From assembly GCA_030390025.1 (NCBI GenBank), contig CM059430.1, positions 61,814,001 through 61,878,000 of the forward strand: a stretch of DNA of 64,000 bases, in the 5' to 3' direction. This DNA is from Squalus acanthias. Its lineage: Eukaryota. The notes below the pieces were generated by a model, which saw only the letters and a program-made list of their open reading frames with translations, did not search any database and was not told the DNA's origin. Position numbers and translations under genes: made by a program. Positions 1 to 11,660 of this stretch are shown one piece after another. Positions within the stretch are counted from its first letter, which is position 1, and the number at the start of each line of letters is the position of its first letter.

Positions 1-289
1 TGCCAACCACAATCCCGCGCCAATATCTGATACTCCATTCAGAACAGTGACGCGTGCCTCCCTGCAAGTTAGCAGCCCTGTGTATTCACCCTCTTTGCGT
101 ACGGTTTCCAATACATTCCGTCATTTTGATGTGCGCCGTAAAACAATTTATAAAATAAATGCAAACTCGAAGTTTAAAAAAACGACAGCGCGGATATCTC
201 TTGTGACATTATGTCTATAACAGCATGACGAGAGTAGACAAATGAGAATGTGCTCCTTTGAGTTAAAAAAAACTGTTTTTCTGTTAAAG

Positions 290-586
290 TTCCCCCAACT
301 CCCCTGAAAATCGCTCCTGTTGAAGGGATTTCAGCGACTTCTCTAAAACTCGAGTGTAAAACGACTGCCTTTTACCCGGAGCATTTAGAAATCTCATGGC
401 GAAGAGATGGTGTCGAAAATCTGACCGGGATAGTAACTGTGAAAAACAAGAACGCGGAGGGACTGTTTGAGGTTTCCAGCTCGTTGGAAGAAGCACAGCC
501 TGCCCAGAGCGGAGTTGTTTATACATGTCTGGTATCTCATGTCTCTCTTCTGGTGCCCACCAATATCAGCTACACCTTTAATCAAG
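290..586 (+). CDS. Gene 1, Ig C1-set exon copy A (SIRP-like inhibitory receptor)
   Basis: ttaaag|...|gtaag, 297 nt, phase 1-1. Encodes (V)PPTPLKIAP...LECKTTAFYPEHLEISWRRDG...FEVSSSL...YTCLVSHVSL..., with the C1 hallmarks C-x3-FYP, W and YxCxVxH. Confidence 0.9.
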
Positions 587-1081
587 GTAAGATTGGAAAC
601 ATTTACAGCGGGGAGCGGGGATCTGATCCAACCTGTAATTACTTATTAAACATTTAGCTGGGTAGCTGTTGAACCCCGAGGATATAGGGTAACTGTGAAA
701 TGTATTTACTCTCAGTGTCACATCAATGGGAACGAAATAAAAATATTCCAGATGGTTTGTAAGTGAAGGAGAGAGAATATCTCGCTGAAGAGATCCGCAA
801 CGGGAGGTTGATGTGCGAACTGTTCAAAAGTTGAAAGATCATTCCTCGTCAAATTCTTGCCAAATAAAACAAAATTACGCACCAAATTGATCCATTCTAC
901 CAGATTTACTTTTACATCCTGTTTATTTAAAATGGAATATATGGAACTGTTATTGAGTAGATTGAGCCTATACCCTCGGGAGTTTAGAAGAATGAGACGT
1001 GATCTCATTGAAAGATAAAAGATTCTGATGGGGATTGACAAGATAGATGCTGAGAGGCTGTTTCCCCCAGCTGGAGTATGC

Positions 1082-1220
1082 AATTTAATGTAAAAAACTG
1101 GAAGTGGTTCATTTGATCTCCTGAATGCGAGTGTCGCCGACTCCGGAGTGCATTACTGTAAAGTAAAACATCATCTAAAAGCTAGTGGAGATAGAAGTGG
1201 CTCCCAGCTGATTGTGTACG
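1082..1220 (+). pseudogene. 3' half of a VJ-type Ig V exon (duplication remnant)
   Basis: Encodes KTGSGSFDLLNASVADSGVHYCKVKHHLKASGDRSGSQLIVY followed by a |gtaag donor. DSGxxYC and a J-like G strand are present. The 5' half is replaced by a CR1 fragment. Confidence 0.85.
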
Positions 1221-3580
1221 GTAAGTGTCATTGTGACGGGGAGTGGGAGATTCTCAGCAGTGTGCGATATATGTAAAACTCAATAGTGTGGGTAATTTGA
1301 ACGTTTATCACTTGACGAAAACCAGGTGATAGCAAAGTCGTTTTACACTTCTCCCGATTTGCTTTTCCATTGACCCGGTGTACAACCGCCCGCTGATTCG
1401 CTAGCGCCCGGTTTGCGCTACTGCCTCAGCTCAATTTCACCCCTTCATTGTCCGCATGACATTCCAAAGTGCTTTGCGTCCAATGAGTTCTTTTGAAAGT
1501 GCAGTTACAATTATTAAGGAGGCAAGATACTGAAATGGTATAAATGTTTAAGTCTTGGCTTGAAATTAATAAATGGGATAAGATGGCGAAATTCCTTCTC
1601 ACCAAAATAGCGGTGCCAAGGAGCCACAATGGGAACAATTTTAACACCTCCGAAGTCAGGTATTTTGTACTTCATTAAAGGCCAGCTCCGCCGCCCCAAC
1701 AAGGTGCCTTCATCACAAACTCAACAGAACAATGTCCTGCTACAATCGTGGTTATTGCACACGCCAGGGAACATTTCGGCTCCAATACTTGAAATTGCCA
1801 ATCTAATATTTTCTGTACAGTATTGCCCAAAATCTGGACTTCTCTCTTCGCAAAGCCGGTGGATAATGGGACAATTGGAGCTTCCAAGATTGCGATGGAT
1901 AGATTTTTGTTAGGTCGGGGTATCAAGGAATATGGAGTTAAATGTACAAATGGATTTGAGCTACAGACTCAAGGGGCTAAATGGCCTCCTCCTGTTCCTG
2001 TATCCGCAGTTTAGGCTGTGCACTTGCTTTCATTGAGAACTTTTTTGAGACTGCCAAACTAATTTCACAAAGGAATCTTATAGCCCATTGAAAGGGAAGT
2101 GTTGGTCTTAACCCTCAATGCTGGATTCCATCCCAAGTCCTAGACCTTGCAGGAGAGTGTAGAAACCCAATGCTCCTGTTTGAACATCTGTCTTACGGCA
2201 ATTGGAATTTCTTTCATTCACTCACAACCTGTAAAGTACGGGCAGATTATCGCCGAAATTGCTATAAACGCCTGGGCTCCCGTATTTGCAATTCATGATT
2301 TCCATTTCCATTCTACCAATCACCGTCTGAAGTTACGGCAGCAGATTAAGTGAACACTTTCGTCCTCCTCCTCCACGGAAATTCTACCGCATTATATATT
2401 ATGCCTAAACAGATCAGTGTTAAAGAATGGAGGAATTCTGAGCATTGGTTGAGCAATCAACACGGTGCTGCTGCGAATAATGGTAAAATAACTTTCCAAG
2501 TTAATAATACCCCTGATTTAAATGTTTGCTGTTACTACAAAATCGGAAAAGTAAACATTTAAAGCAAAGATGTTAAGGAGATTGTTTGTAATAAACTGAC
2601 AAAACAATGCAAACCTAATAAGGGACTGTACTTCCAGCTAAACAGTGACTGTAGCTCTAGCGGAAAAAGTTTCACATTAGTAAAAGACTATTGTAGGACT
2701 GATATAAGCAGAATCTTCTTCAGGCAACCCGTGTTCAACAGTCGAATAGGCTTGGGGAAGGACAAAAACCCTGGAATTATATAAGAGATGCACTCTGAGT
2801 TAGGAGTTCCTATTCGGATTCCCTCCTCTGTATGGATGTTGTGATCTACACAGAGATACATCATTACCAAGATAACCCTTTCATGACGTGAAAAATATTC
2901 CAGCCCTTGGTTCGCACTCTGGGGAAAGTACATTTAGTGAAAGCTGCAGGATCTGAAATCTCCACCACAGACACTCAAATGCTGGTATAGCAACTGTAAT
3001 GCACGAATATTAATCTATAGATATAACAGCATCCTGTCTGCAATCTGTATAGACATCAAAGATATTTCGATATATTGGTAAGAATTCTTCTTCTCAATAT
3101 TCACCGTTTATATAAAATATGTTTGCAATATATGAAATATCTAAAAAGTGAAGAATTTTTAAATAAACACACAAAATGTTTAATACTCCAAAGATTATCA
3201 ATGAATAACGAGAAGCGATTCCACTGTTCGTGCAGACTGGGTTGCGCTCTCTCCGATATATTCGGACAGGAACCTCACTTGGAGTCACTGCTGCAAACCA
3301 CAATCCCTCGCCAGGATCTGATACTCCATTCAGAACAGTGACGCGTGCCTCCCTGCAAGTTAGCAGCCCTGTGTATTCACCCTCTTTGCGTACGGTTTCC
3401 AATACATTCCGTCATTTTGATGTGCGCCGTAAAACAATTTATAAAATAAATGCAAACTCGAAGTTTAAAAAAACGACAGCGCGGATAACTCTTGTGACAT
3501 TAGGTCTATAACAGCATGACGAGAGTAGACAAATGAGAATGTGCTCCTTTGAATTAAAAAAAACTTTTTTTCTGTTAAAG

Positions 3581-3877
3581 TTCCCCCAACTCCCCTGAAA
3601 ATCGCTCCTGTTGAAGGGATTTCAGCGACTTCCCTAAAACTCGAATGTAAAACGACTGCCTTTTACCCGGAGCATTTAGAAATCTCCTGGCGAAGAGATG
3701 GTGTCGAAAATCTGACCGGAATAGCAACTGTGAAAAAGAAGAACGCGGAGGGATTGTTTGAGGTTTCCAGCTCGTTGGAAGAAGCACAGCCTGCCCAGAG
3801 CGGAGTTGTTTATACATGTCTGGTATCTCATGTCTCTCTTCTGGTGCCCGCCAATGTCAGCTACACCTTTAATCGAG
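3581..3877 (+). CDS. Gene 1, Ig C1-set exon copy B
   Basis: Same splice sites and 297 nt length as copy A, open frame, 10 substitutions versus copy A by manual count. Confidence 0.9.
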
Positions 3878-4239
3878 GTAAGATTGGAAACATTTACAGC
3901 GGGGAGCGGGGATCTGATCCAACCTGTAATTACTTATTAAAAATTTAGCTGGGTAGCTGTTCAACCCCGAGGATATACGGTAAATGTGAAATGTATTTAC
4001 TCTCGGTGTCACATCAATGGGAACGAAATAAAAATATTCCAGATGGTTTGTAAGTGAAGGAGGGAGAATATCTCGCTGAAGAGATCGGAAACGGGAGGTT
4101 GATGTGCGAAATGCTCAAAAGTTGAAAGATCATTCCTCGTCAAATTCTTGCCAAATAAAATAAAATTACCCACCAAATTGATCCATTCTACAAGATTTAC
4201 TTTTACATCCTGTTTATTTAAAATGGAATATATGGAACT

Positions 4240-4665
4240 GTTACTGAGTAGATTGAGCCTATACTGTCTGGTGTTTTCATGAATGAGAGATGATCTCATT
4301 GAAAGGGGGTATTGACAAAATAGATGCTGAGAGGCTGTTTCCCTTGGCTGGAGAGGCTAGAATTAGGGGGCATAGTCCCAGGATAAGCGTCGGCCATTTA
4401 TGACTGAGATGAAGAGGAATTTCTTCACTCTGACGGTTGTGAATCTTTGGAATTCTCTACCCCAGAGGGCTGTGGCTGGGTCGTTGAATATATTCAAGGC
4501 TGAGGTAGATAGATTTTTGGACTCTAAGGGAATCAAGGGATGTGGGGATAGGGCGGGAAAGTGGACTTGAGGTCGAAGATCAGCCATGATGTTATTGAAT
4601 GGTGGAGCAGGCTCGAGGGTTCGTATGGCCTACACCTGCTCCTAATTCTTATGTTCTTCTTATGT
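4240..4665 (+). mobile_element. CR1 LINE 3' end (partial duplicate at 948-1078)
   Basis: ORF2 C-terminus-like sequence, then cagccatgat...gaatggtggagcaggctcga and a ttcttatg tail. Confidence 0.85.
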
Positions 4666-5341
4666 TTTCTGTTCTCTGCGCACCATTCCTTCAGCTGTCT
4701 AGACTCTAAACTTTGGAATTCCCGCCCAAAACCTCACTTCTATATCCCACTCCTTCTTTAAGAGGTTCCTTAGTCCCTACCTCCACCTGTCCTAATCGTG
4801 GCTTGGTGTCAAATATTGTTTCATACCGCTGCTGTGAAGTGCCTTAGGATGTTTTACTACGTTAAAAGCGCTATATAAATGCAAGTCGTTCTTGTTACCT
4901 ACCAAAAGTTGCAGAAGGTGTCCTCTGGTAAGGCTGGTGAGGGGTGGCTGCACTGGAGAACGGGCGACTTTGCCACTTTTTGCAGCCGGTACCCATCAGT
5001 CCGGTGTAGCATGGCTAAGTAAAACATGAAACTCTCTTTACTCTTAATTAACAACCGTCTTGTGCAGAGAGAGGCTTCATGGGCCTTCATGTAATGGGAT
5101 TTGTTTTATCCATAACTTGCATCACTGACTTGCAGTTGATGTCGTTTGGTACACGTTATAATCATTGTACAGCTACTGCCCATAGAAATAAAGGGGTCGA
5201 GCCCCTCTGACAGTCAGTGGACGCCATCATCTCGAGAGACACCTTTGGAACTCGCCCTCCCGTACCGGACCCATGATTCCCTGTGTGTATATCTCTTTAT
5301 GTTCTACAGTTTCTTATTTCAATTATCTGTTGATCCTGTAG

Positions 5342-5446
5342 GTACTGATCACAAATTTGCACTGATATTTGGATGTGCAGGGGGCGCATTGGCAATTTTA
5401 CTGTTGATAATAATTTTGCTGCAACTCAGATTGAAGGCTTCAGACG
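5342..5446 (+). CDS. Gene 1 transmembrane exon
   Basis: cctgtag|...|gtaag, 105 nt, phase 1-1. Encodes (G)TDHKFALIFGCAGGALAILLLIIILLQLRLKASD; no charged residue in the TM core. Confidence 0.88.
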
Positions 5447-5789
5447 GTAAGAACATTTCTTATTTCGCCGAATGCTTTTATTTTCTGCGGTCCAGTTGTA
5501 TTGTTACAAAACCGAAAGGGCAGGTGATTAGGGATTGATTGTAGAGGAATAAAGTGCCCTTAACTGCCTGCATCTTTAAAGAATGAAGTTACTACCACAA
5601 GAGCGTTATATGGTTGGCACCAGATGAATATGACAATGTAAACCGGATCTTGAAATGTCAATATTTTACCTTCCCATTCGAACTATTCACTCAACTTATA
5701 CACTTTCATTTTGCAACACCCGGAATTCTTAATGTTCTACAATATTTCAGTATAAGTGCGGGTCCAGATCTTGAAGCGTAAACACTTTG

Positions 5790-5966
5790 AGGTAGATGTT
5801 GACTTTTTGCGATAGTGTAAAACGGATGATAGCGAATTGGCAGACTGTTTTACATCTCTCCCGATTTCTATTTCCCTTGTGTGTGTGTCACTGGGAGAGA
5901 TGTAAAATAGGCTGTCGTCTCACTATCACCCGTTTTACACTATCGCACAAAGTCAAAGTCTACTCC
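5790..5966. mobile_element. Short foldback (MITE-like) element; relatives at ~1290-1443, 7830-7976 and 59280-59437
   Basis: ttgactttttgcgatagtgtaaaacgg...ccgttttacactatcgcacaaagtcaa forms a near-perfect inverted repeat. Confidence 0.7.
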
Positions 5967-6170
5967 ATTGTGTGCAGCGTCACTACGGGGTATGAGAAGG
6001 TCATGAACAGTATACCACACTAAGGACTGGCACTTCTAAACACCTTCAAGCAGATCAGTCCCTTCAGATCTCCTTACTTTACAAAGTAAATATGACCAAC
6101 ATCAAATCATGTTGGTATTGCTGGCACACAGATTAAGTTATTCAAGGTGGATTTTTTTCCTTTCCTTTAG

Positions 6171-6214
6171 GCATTAAGAGAAATTCTGTGGAAGCGGGTC
6201 AGAGTGAAGAGCCG
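6171..6214 (+). CDS. Gene 1 cytoplasmic exon 1
   Basis: Strong polypyrimidine acceptor tttcctttag, 44 nt, phase 1-0. Encodes (G)IKRNSVEAGQSEEP, donor gtaggg. Confidence 0.78.
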
Positions 6215-6317
6215 GTAGGGTGACAATGTTCTTTATGTTCCAAAAAAGAAGAAGGGTAAGGGGGGAATAGCAACACAATATATACATTCAGCCGAGAAGG
6301 TACTTCTTATATTTCAT

Positions 6318-6722
6318 AGAATCATAAACTCTTACAGCACAGAAGGAAGCCACCATGCCTGTTCCTGCTCTTTGAAAGAGTTATCCAATTCGTCCCACCA
6401 CCCACCCCCCCCCCGCTCTTTACCCAGAGTCCTGCAATTGTTTTCGTCCCAATTCCCATTTTGTAAGGTCCCACTGAATCTGCTTCCACCATCCTTCCAG
6501 GCAGTGCGCTCCAGATCATAACAGCTGGCTGCATAAAATATTCTCCTCATCTTCCTCTGGTTCTTTTGCCAATTATCTTAAATCTGTGCCCATTGGATAC
6601 CAAGCCACCCATCAGTGGAAACAGTTTCTCCTTATTTACTTTATCAAAAACCTCTCCGAATTTTGAACACCTCTATTAAATCTCCCCTTAACCTTCTCTG
6701 CTCTAAAGAGAACAATCCCAGT
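6318..6722 (-). mobile_element. CR1 LINE 3' fragment
   Basis: Reverse strand matches the CR1 ORF2 end and 3' UTR. Confidence 0.75.
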
Positions 6723-7129
6723 TGTAATATCCTCCAATAGGCTGGGCTGGCCGAGGAATAGGAATGTGGCGGACGCCCCAGCAGGAGTGAAAACCTTCAG
6801 GAGAGTAGAGAGAGAGAGTTAATTGGGGAAGAAAGGGGGAAATGAGTAATGTGTAGTATTCATAGGATAGTTATTAGCTGTGCTCCGAATCATCCTGATT
6901 TTAAATGTATGTAAATAATTGTGCGCTATGGGTTACATATTTAGAACATTACTCCACACCTTATGGGTGAGATATTGGATAACATCATTGAGTGGGACAG
7001 AATACAATCGTGCCCTAATCTATCGGTTACTGTGTGCATTTTTAGACTTTCAGACTCAGTTCCAATTGATAGTAGCTGGCTGCTGTATCAGACACTCCGC
7101 TATCAGTATTTCATGTCTTATTTTTACAG

Positions 7130-7240
7130 GTTAGACAAGGACCAAGTGAAGAGATTGCCGCCTACGCTAATCTAAACTTGAGACACGACAGAGGACCTCC
7201 CAAACGGAGACAGGAGAAAGAGAACACCGTCTATTCCCAG
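7130..7240 (+). CDS. Gene 1 cytoplasmic exon 2 (Tyr motifs)
   Basis: ttttacag|VRQGPSEEIAAYANLNLRHDRGPPKRRQEKENTVYSQ|gtacat, 111 nt, phase 0-0. Confidence 0.82.
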
Positions 7241-7244
7241 GTAC

Positions 7245-7755
7245 ATAGAGTTACATCGGATATACGGCACAGAAACAGGCCATTCGGCCCAACCAGTCCA
7301 TACCGGCGTTTATGCTCCATAGAGCCACCTCCCGTCTTTCCTCATCTAAATCTATCAGCATAACCCTCTATGCCTTTTTCTCTCATATGCTTGTCTAGCC
7401 TCCCCTTAAATGCATCTATACTATTTGCTTCAACCACTCCCTGTGGGAGCGAGTTCCACATTCTCACCACTCTTTGGGTAAAGAAGTTTCTTCTGAATTC
7501 CCTATTGGATTTCTTGGTGACTATCTTATATTGATGGCCTCTAGTTTTGCTCTTCTCCACAAGTGGAAACATTCTCTCTGTATCCACTCTATCAAAACTT
7601 TTCATAATTTTAAAGACGTTTATTAGGTCATCCCTCAGCCTTCCTTTTTCAAGAGAAAAGAGACCCAGCCTGTTCATCCTTTCCTGATATGTATACCCTC
7701 GCATTTCTGGTCTCATCCTTGTAAAACGTCTCTGCACCCTCTCCAGTGCCTCCAG
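7245..7755 (-). mobile_element. CR1 LINE 3' fragment starting a few nt after a splice donor
   Basis: ORF reads ALERVQRRFTRM...LGLFSLE...RRNFFTQRVVRMWNSLP. Confidence 0.9.
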
Positions 7756-8074
7756 GTAGAGCGGTGGGATTGGCGCCAATAATATCCAAACCATTTCCAT
7801 ACAAAATCAACACTCTATACAGAAACGTGGGGGTAATTTTGACTTTGTGCGACAGTGTAAAACGATGGTAGCGAAATCGCATCTCTCCCACTGACTTCGA
7901 TGGAAATACAATCGGGAGTGATGTAAAACGGGCTGCGGACCAGTTTCACACTATCGCACAGTCAAAATTATCCGCGTTACTTTTTCGGGTCTGGCTGTGA
8001 TACTGATTGCTCTGAACGACAAATTGCAAAATAAGAAACTCACCTGATCAGACTGGCAAATATTTCTGTTACAG

Positions 8075-8179
8075 ACGAAGCAAGGAACCAGCGACAGACT
8101 GACTTCCGCCACTCTCGTAACCAACACCACGAAAAACGCGAAACCCAGACAGAAAGAGGAGAGCACGGTGTATGCCCAG
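8075..8179 (+). CDS. Gene 1 cytoplasmic exon 3
   Basis: gttacag|TKQGTSDRLTSATLVTNTTKNAKPRQKEESTVYAQ|gtacag, 105 nt, phase 0-0, homologous to the neighbouring exons. Confidence 0.82.
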
Positions 8180-8544
8180 GTACAGCTCAGGTCATTCATT
8201 GAAACACGATCAATGTTCTGCGGTACGGCACTGAGCCACAGGAAATAGAAAGATCCCAGGTTTAATCTACCAAGTGTGCTGTGTCGGCTGATCTCAGCCA
8301 AGGTTCATCATAATTGACCTCCGTGTCCCAGGGATCGGCAGTGGTGGGGGTGGTGCGGGGGGAGGCGGCTGAAAAGTGCAGATGCGTGGGCAGGTTCAAC
8401 CTTGGAGCCTCCGCCATTGGATCAGCAGGTCACACAGGCTGTCGAGGCTCAGACACCTTAAAACGGTCCATTGCGATATGAGATATACTTAACAGACGGG
8501 TGTGGCAATGGACTGACGGTTGATATTAAATGTTACTTTCACAG

Positions 8545-8685
8545 ACTAAACAAAGAGGCGGAGACAACAAGCTGACTTACGCCGCTCTGCAGCTTGCTGA
8601 TTTCAAGAAAACATCAAAATCGAAACACCAAGACAAGCGGGCTGTGTACGCAGAAGTAAACGTGAGAAACAAAGAGAGAAGCTGA
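8545..8685 (+). CDS. Gene 1 last coding exon, ITIM plus ITSM-like motif
   Basis: tttcacag|TKQRGGDNKLTYAALQLADFKKTSKSKHQDKRAVYAEVNVRNKERS*. LTYAAL is a canonical ITIM (compare LTYADL in human SIRP-alpha). Confidence 0.87.
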   Translation, partial: TKQRGGDNKLTYAALQLADFKKTSKSKHQDKRAVYAEVNVRNKERS

Positions 8686-9189
8686 GAATCGGAATACAGT
8701 CCGAAGATGTGGGCTATTAATGACTTCAGGCCCAGGGTATTCGATTATACAGCATAAAATGTGTGTCTATCACTGGTTTCATTTATTGCAGGCAGAAGAA
8801 GGAGTGACGACCTGGAACATCACACATTTTGTGTGTGTGTGGAGGGGGAGGGGGGATGGTTGGGGAGGCAGGTGAAGCGGTAATTTTCACCTTCAGTGTT
8901 GAGGCGGTAAACTGGCGGAATTCGTCGCCGGCCCATTATACAACCAGCCCGCTATCGCGCGCTTTCCATGGCTACGGCAGAGTCCGCAACGCCAGTTTTA
9001 CGCGGGCTGCAAGCTGAAAATCTAACTCGGCCCATGTGTTCTGGATTTCAAGTGTGCACAATGTACTGTGCGCGCGATATTATCAACCGGTTGTCATCGA
9101 AATTTTGCAATGTCAGCTTGCGATGGCTCCTTCAAACTTTGCTTGCATGATTGAGATCGCAGGGATTCATAAGGAGTCCCATGCAGTCT

Positions 9190-9195
9190 AATAAA
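9190..9195 (+). promoter_or_regulatory. Candidate polyadenylation signal of gene 1
   Basis: AATAAA about 500 nt after the stop, followed by T-rich sequence. Confidence 0.45.
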
Positions 9196-11027
9196 GTGCT
9201 AATCGATTCAACGTTTTTTTAAATCAATATTTATTTATATTAAATTATAACATTTCTCTTTTAAAATGCTTTAGGCGACAGAAATTATTTGCTGCGAATT
9301 CTACCTGTAGTGTGATCTTTCGGTAACAGGCTAGAGGGAGGAGGTAGGCCAATGTCCCATACAATAGCAACGAAATGTTTCCTAAATGACTCTAGGATCC
9401 TATTTTGAAGTAGCCGAGTTTCAATCCAGGGACAGACGAGCCTAACCCCCACAGGTACACAAATTAAGTCCTAGTCAAAGGGGCAACAGCACTAAAACAT
9501 CAGAGGCTGGTCGACCAAACAATTTTGAACAAAATTAAAAGCTAAATAGTATCAAAATCAAAATGGAAATTTAAATATAGTGCCTACCGGGCATCGCCCC
9601 CCCACCCCACTCCGATCATCACATGAATCGAACCTAGTTGGAGAGTACAGTACAGACAGCAACTATTGAAATATAGAAGCAATTTATTTCTTCCCGCTCC
9701 AAGTTAGATCCAACCGGGTGAAAGAGACAGCGCAACTAACATGGACTCTGGCTGTGGTCCGGGATTCTGTAGTTTTCAGTGTGGTGTTGCAAAATGCGAA
9801 AGCTAGCCGAGCCCAATGCAGTTTCCTTGTAAGTTAGTTAGTGCAGGGGCACTATAGCAGAACAGGACGCAACTCGAATGTGCAGCCATGTTCCCAGCAT
9901 TGTAAATCAGTTTCGGGTACACAAATAGGTCAGAAAGACAAAAGACATGTGCATAGGTTCTATATCCCCTTTGAGCAGAGTACAGAGGTTACTTAAAATG
10001 TTTTTCAACAAAAATGTGTACTTCTGTTAAAGATCACATTTGGAGAGTTGGTCAACTCTACTTTATAAATAGGATATGAAGTCTGGCCAACATTTACATA
10101 AACTGTTGTCAGCAGGTAGAGTATCGCTACCACTGCACTACAAGGCTGTGTAATGGAGTGGTGCAGACACGAAGCTATCACGTATATCGGTAACAATGCA
10201 CAATACGGTTGTGGGATGCTGGAGAAACACTGGTTCTGAAATTCCACAGGGATAATACCATCAATCCCGCTACAACTTCAGCAGACCAGGGGGCAACCGC
10301 AAAGAAACAGCGCAAGTAGGAGTTTGTCATTTCCCTCGGGTTGCCAAAGTTACAGCGGGAGAGCAGTGATAGCCTTACGGAATGTCAGGGACACCGTATT
10401 GAAACCAACGTGCTTTGCGCTACTTATGTAATAAAAGTTCATCTTCTCAGCATCACTCCCACCTGTGACAAACACATTCCCACCCTGCTACTTCACTGAG
10501 CACCGACTAGCTTTGGATAGCAAAACGAATTACTGTTTAATTGCATGCAGCAATTTCAGTGCAGGTAGATCACTATGAATTATACATGCCTACAGCAATC
10601 CTAATGACAGCCCTTCTATATTGTGCCCAGCATCTGACAGAAGTGCAACGCTACAATGATGGACAGCATCAAAAAAGGACAGATTTCTAACAATCTCTGC
10701 AAAGTACTCAGTACAGAATGACATTTTTTTAAATTCCTTCTTTGGATGTGAATGGTACAGGCAAGGTCACATTTGGTGCCCTGAGAAGGCGATGATGGGT
10801 CTTATTGAATTGCTCCAGTCCTACCGAATGGTGGTCCTCCCCCATTCTAACTCACCTCAGATTTGCCAAGAAGGAACTCTCAACTGATTATGTGAAAGCA
10901 TGAAATAAACATCTAATGCTTCCAACTTGCTGTATTCAATATAAACAATTAAAACAGACATTTCCAAAGTTAGAAGAAATTCAGAATTAGAGCTAAAGGC
11001 TGAAGGTGGAATGAACCATAGCCCCAA

Positions 11028-11660
11028 ACAGTTTTGGTGTCCATACTTAAGAAAAGACATACTTGCTCTCGAGGCAGTACAAAGAAGTTTCACTCGGTTA
11101 ATCCCGGGGATCAGGGGGTGGATATATGAGGAGAGGTTGAGTAGATTGGGACTCTACTCATTGGAGTTCAGAAGAATGAGAGGCGATATTATTGAAACAT
11201 TTAAGATTGTGAAGGGGCTTGATCGGGTGGATGCGGTAAGGATGTTCCCAAGGATGGATGAAACTAGAACTAGGGGGCATAATCTTAGAATAAGGGGCTG
11301 CTCTTTCAAAACTGAGATGAGAAGAAACTTCTTCACCCAGAGGGTAGTAGGTCTGTGGAATTTGCTGCCCCAGGAAGCTGTGGAAGCTACATCATTAAAT
11401 AAATTTAAAACAGAAATAGATAGTTTCATAGAGGTAAAGGGAATTAGGGGTTACCGTGAGCGGGCAGGAAATTTGACATGAGGCTGAGTTCGGATCGGTC
11501 AGGGCCCTGTGGGTGGCGGAGCGGCCCCAGGGGCTGAGTGGCCGGGTCCTGCTCCTACTTCTTGTGTTCTTTAGATTTGAGGTTAGGATCAGATCAGCCA
11601 TGATCTTATTGAATGGCGGAGCAGGCTCGAGGGGCCGATTGGTCTACTCCTGCTCCTATT
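11028..11660 (+). mobile_element. CR1 LINE 3' fragment
   Basis: ORF reads [23 protein letters not shown]...; ttcttatg tail. Confidence 0.9.

Larger units (their letters stand above)
1..4350 (+). repeat. Intragenic tandem segmental duplication, period ~3.29 kb
   Basis: 1-~1078 matches ~3292-4350. The junction near 1078 joins a CR1 fragment to the middle of a V exon. Confidence 0.92.
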
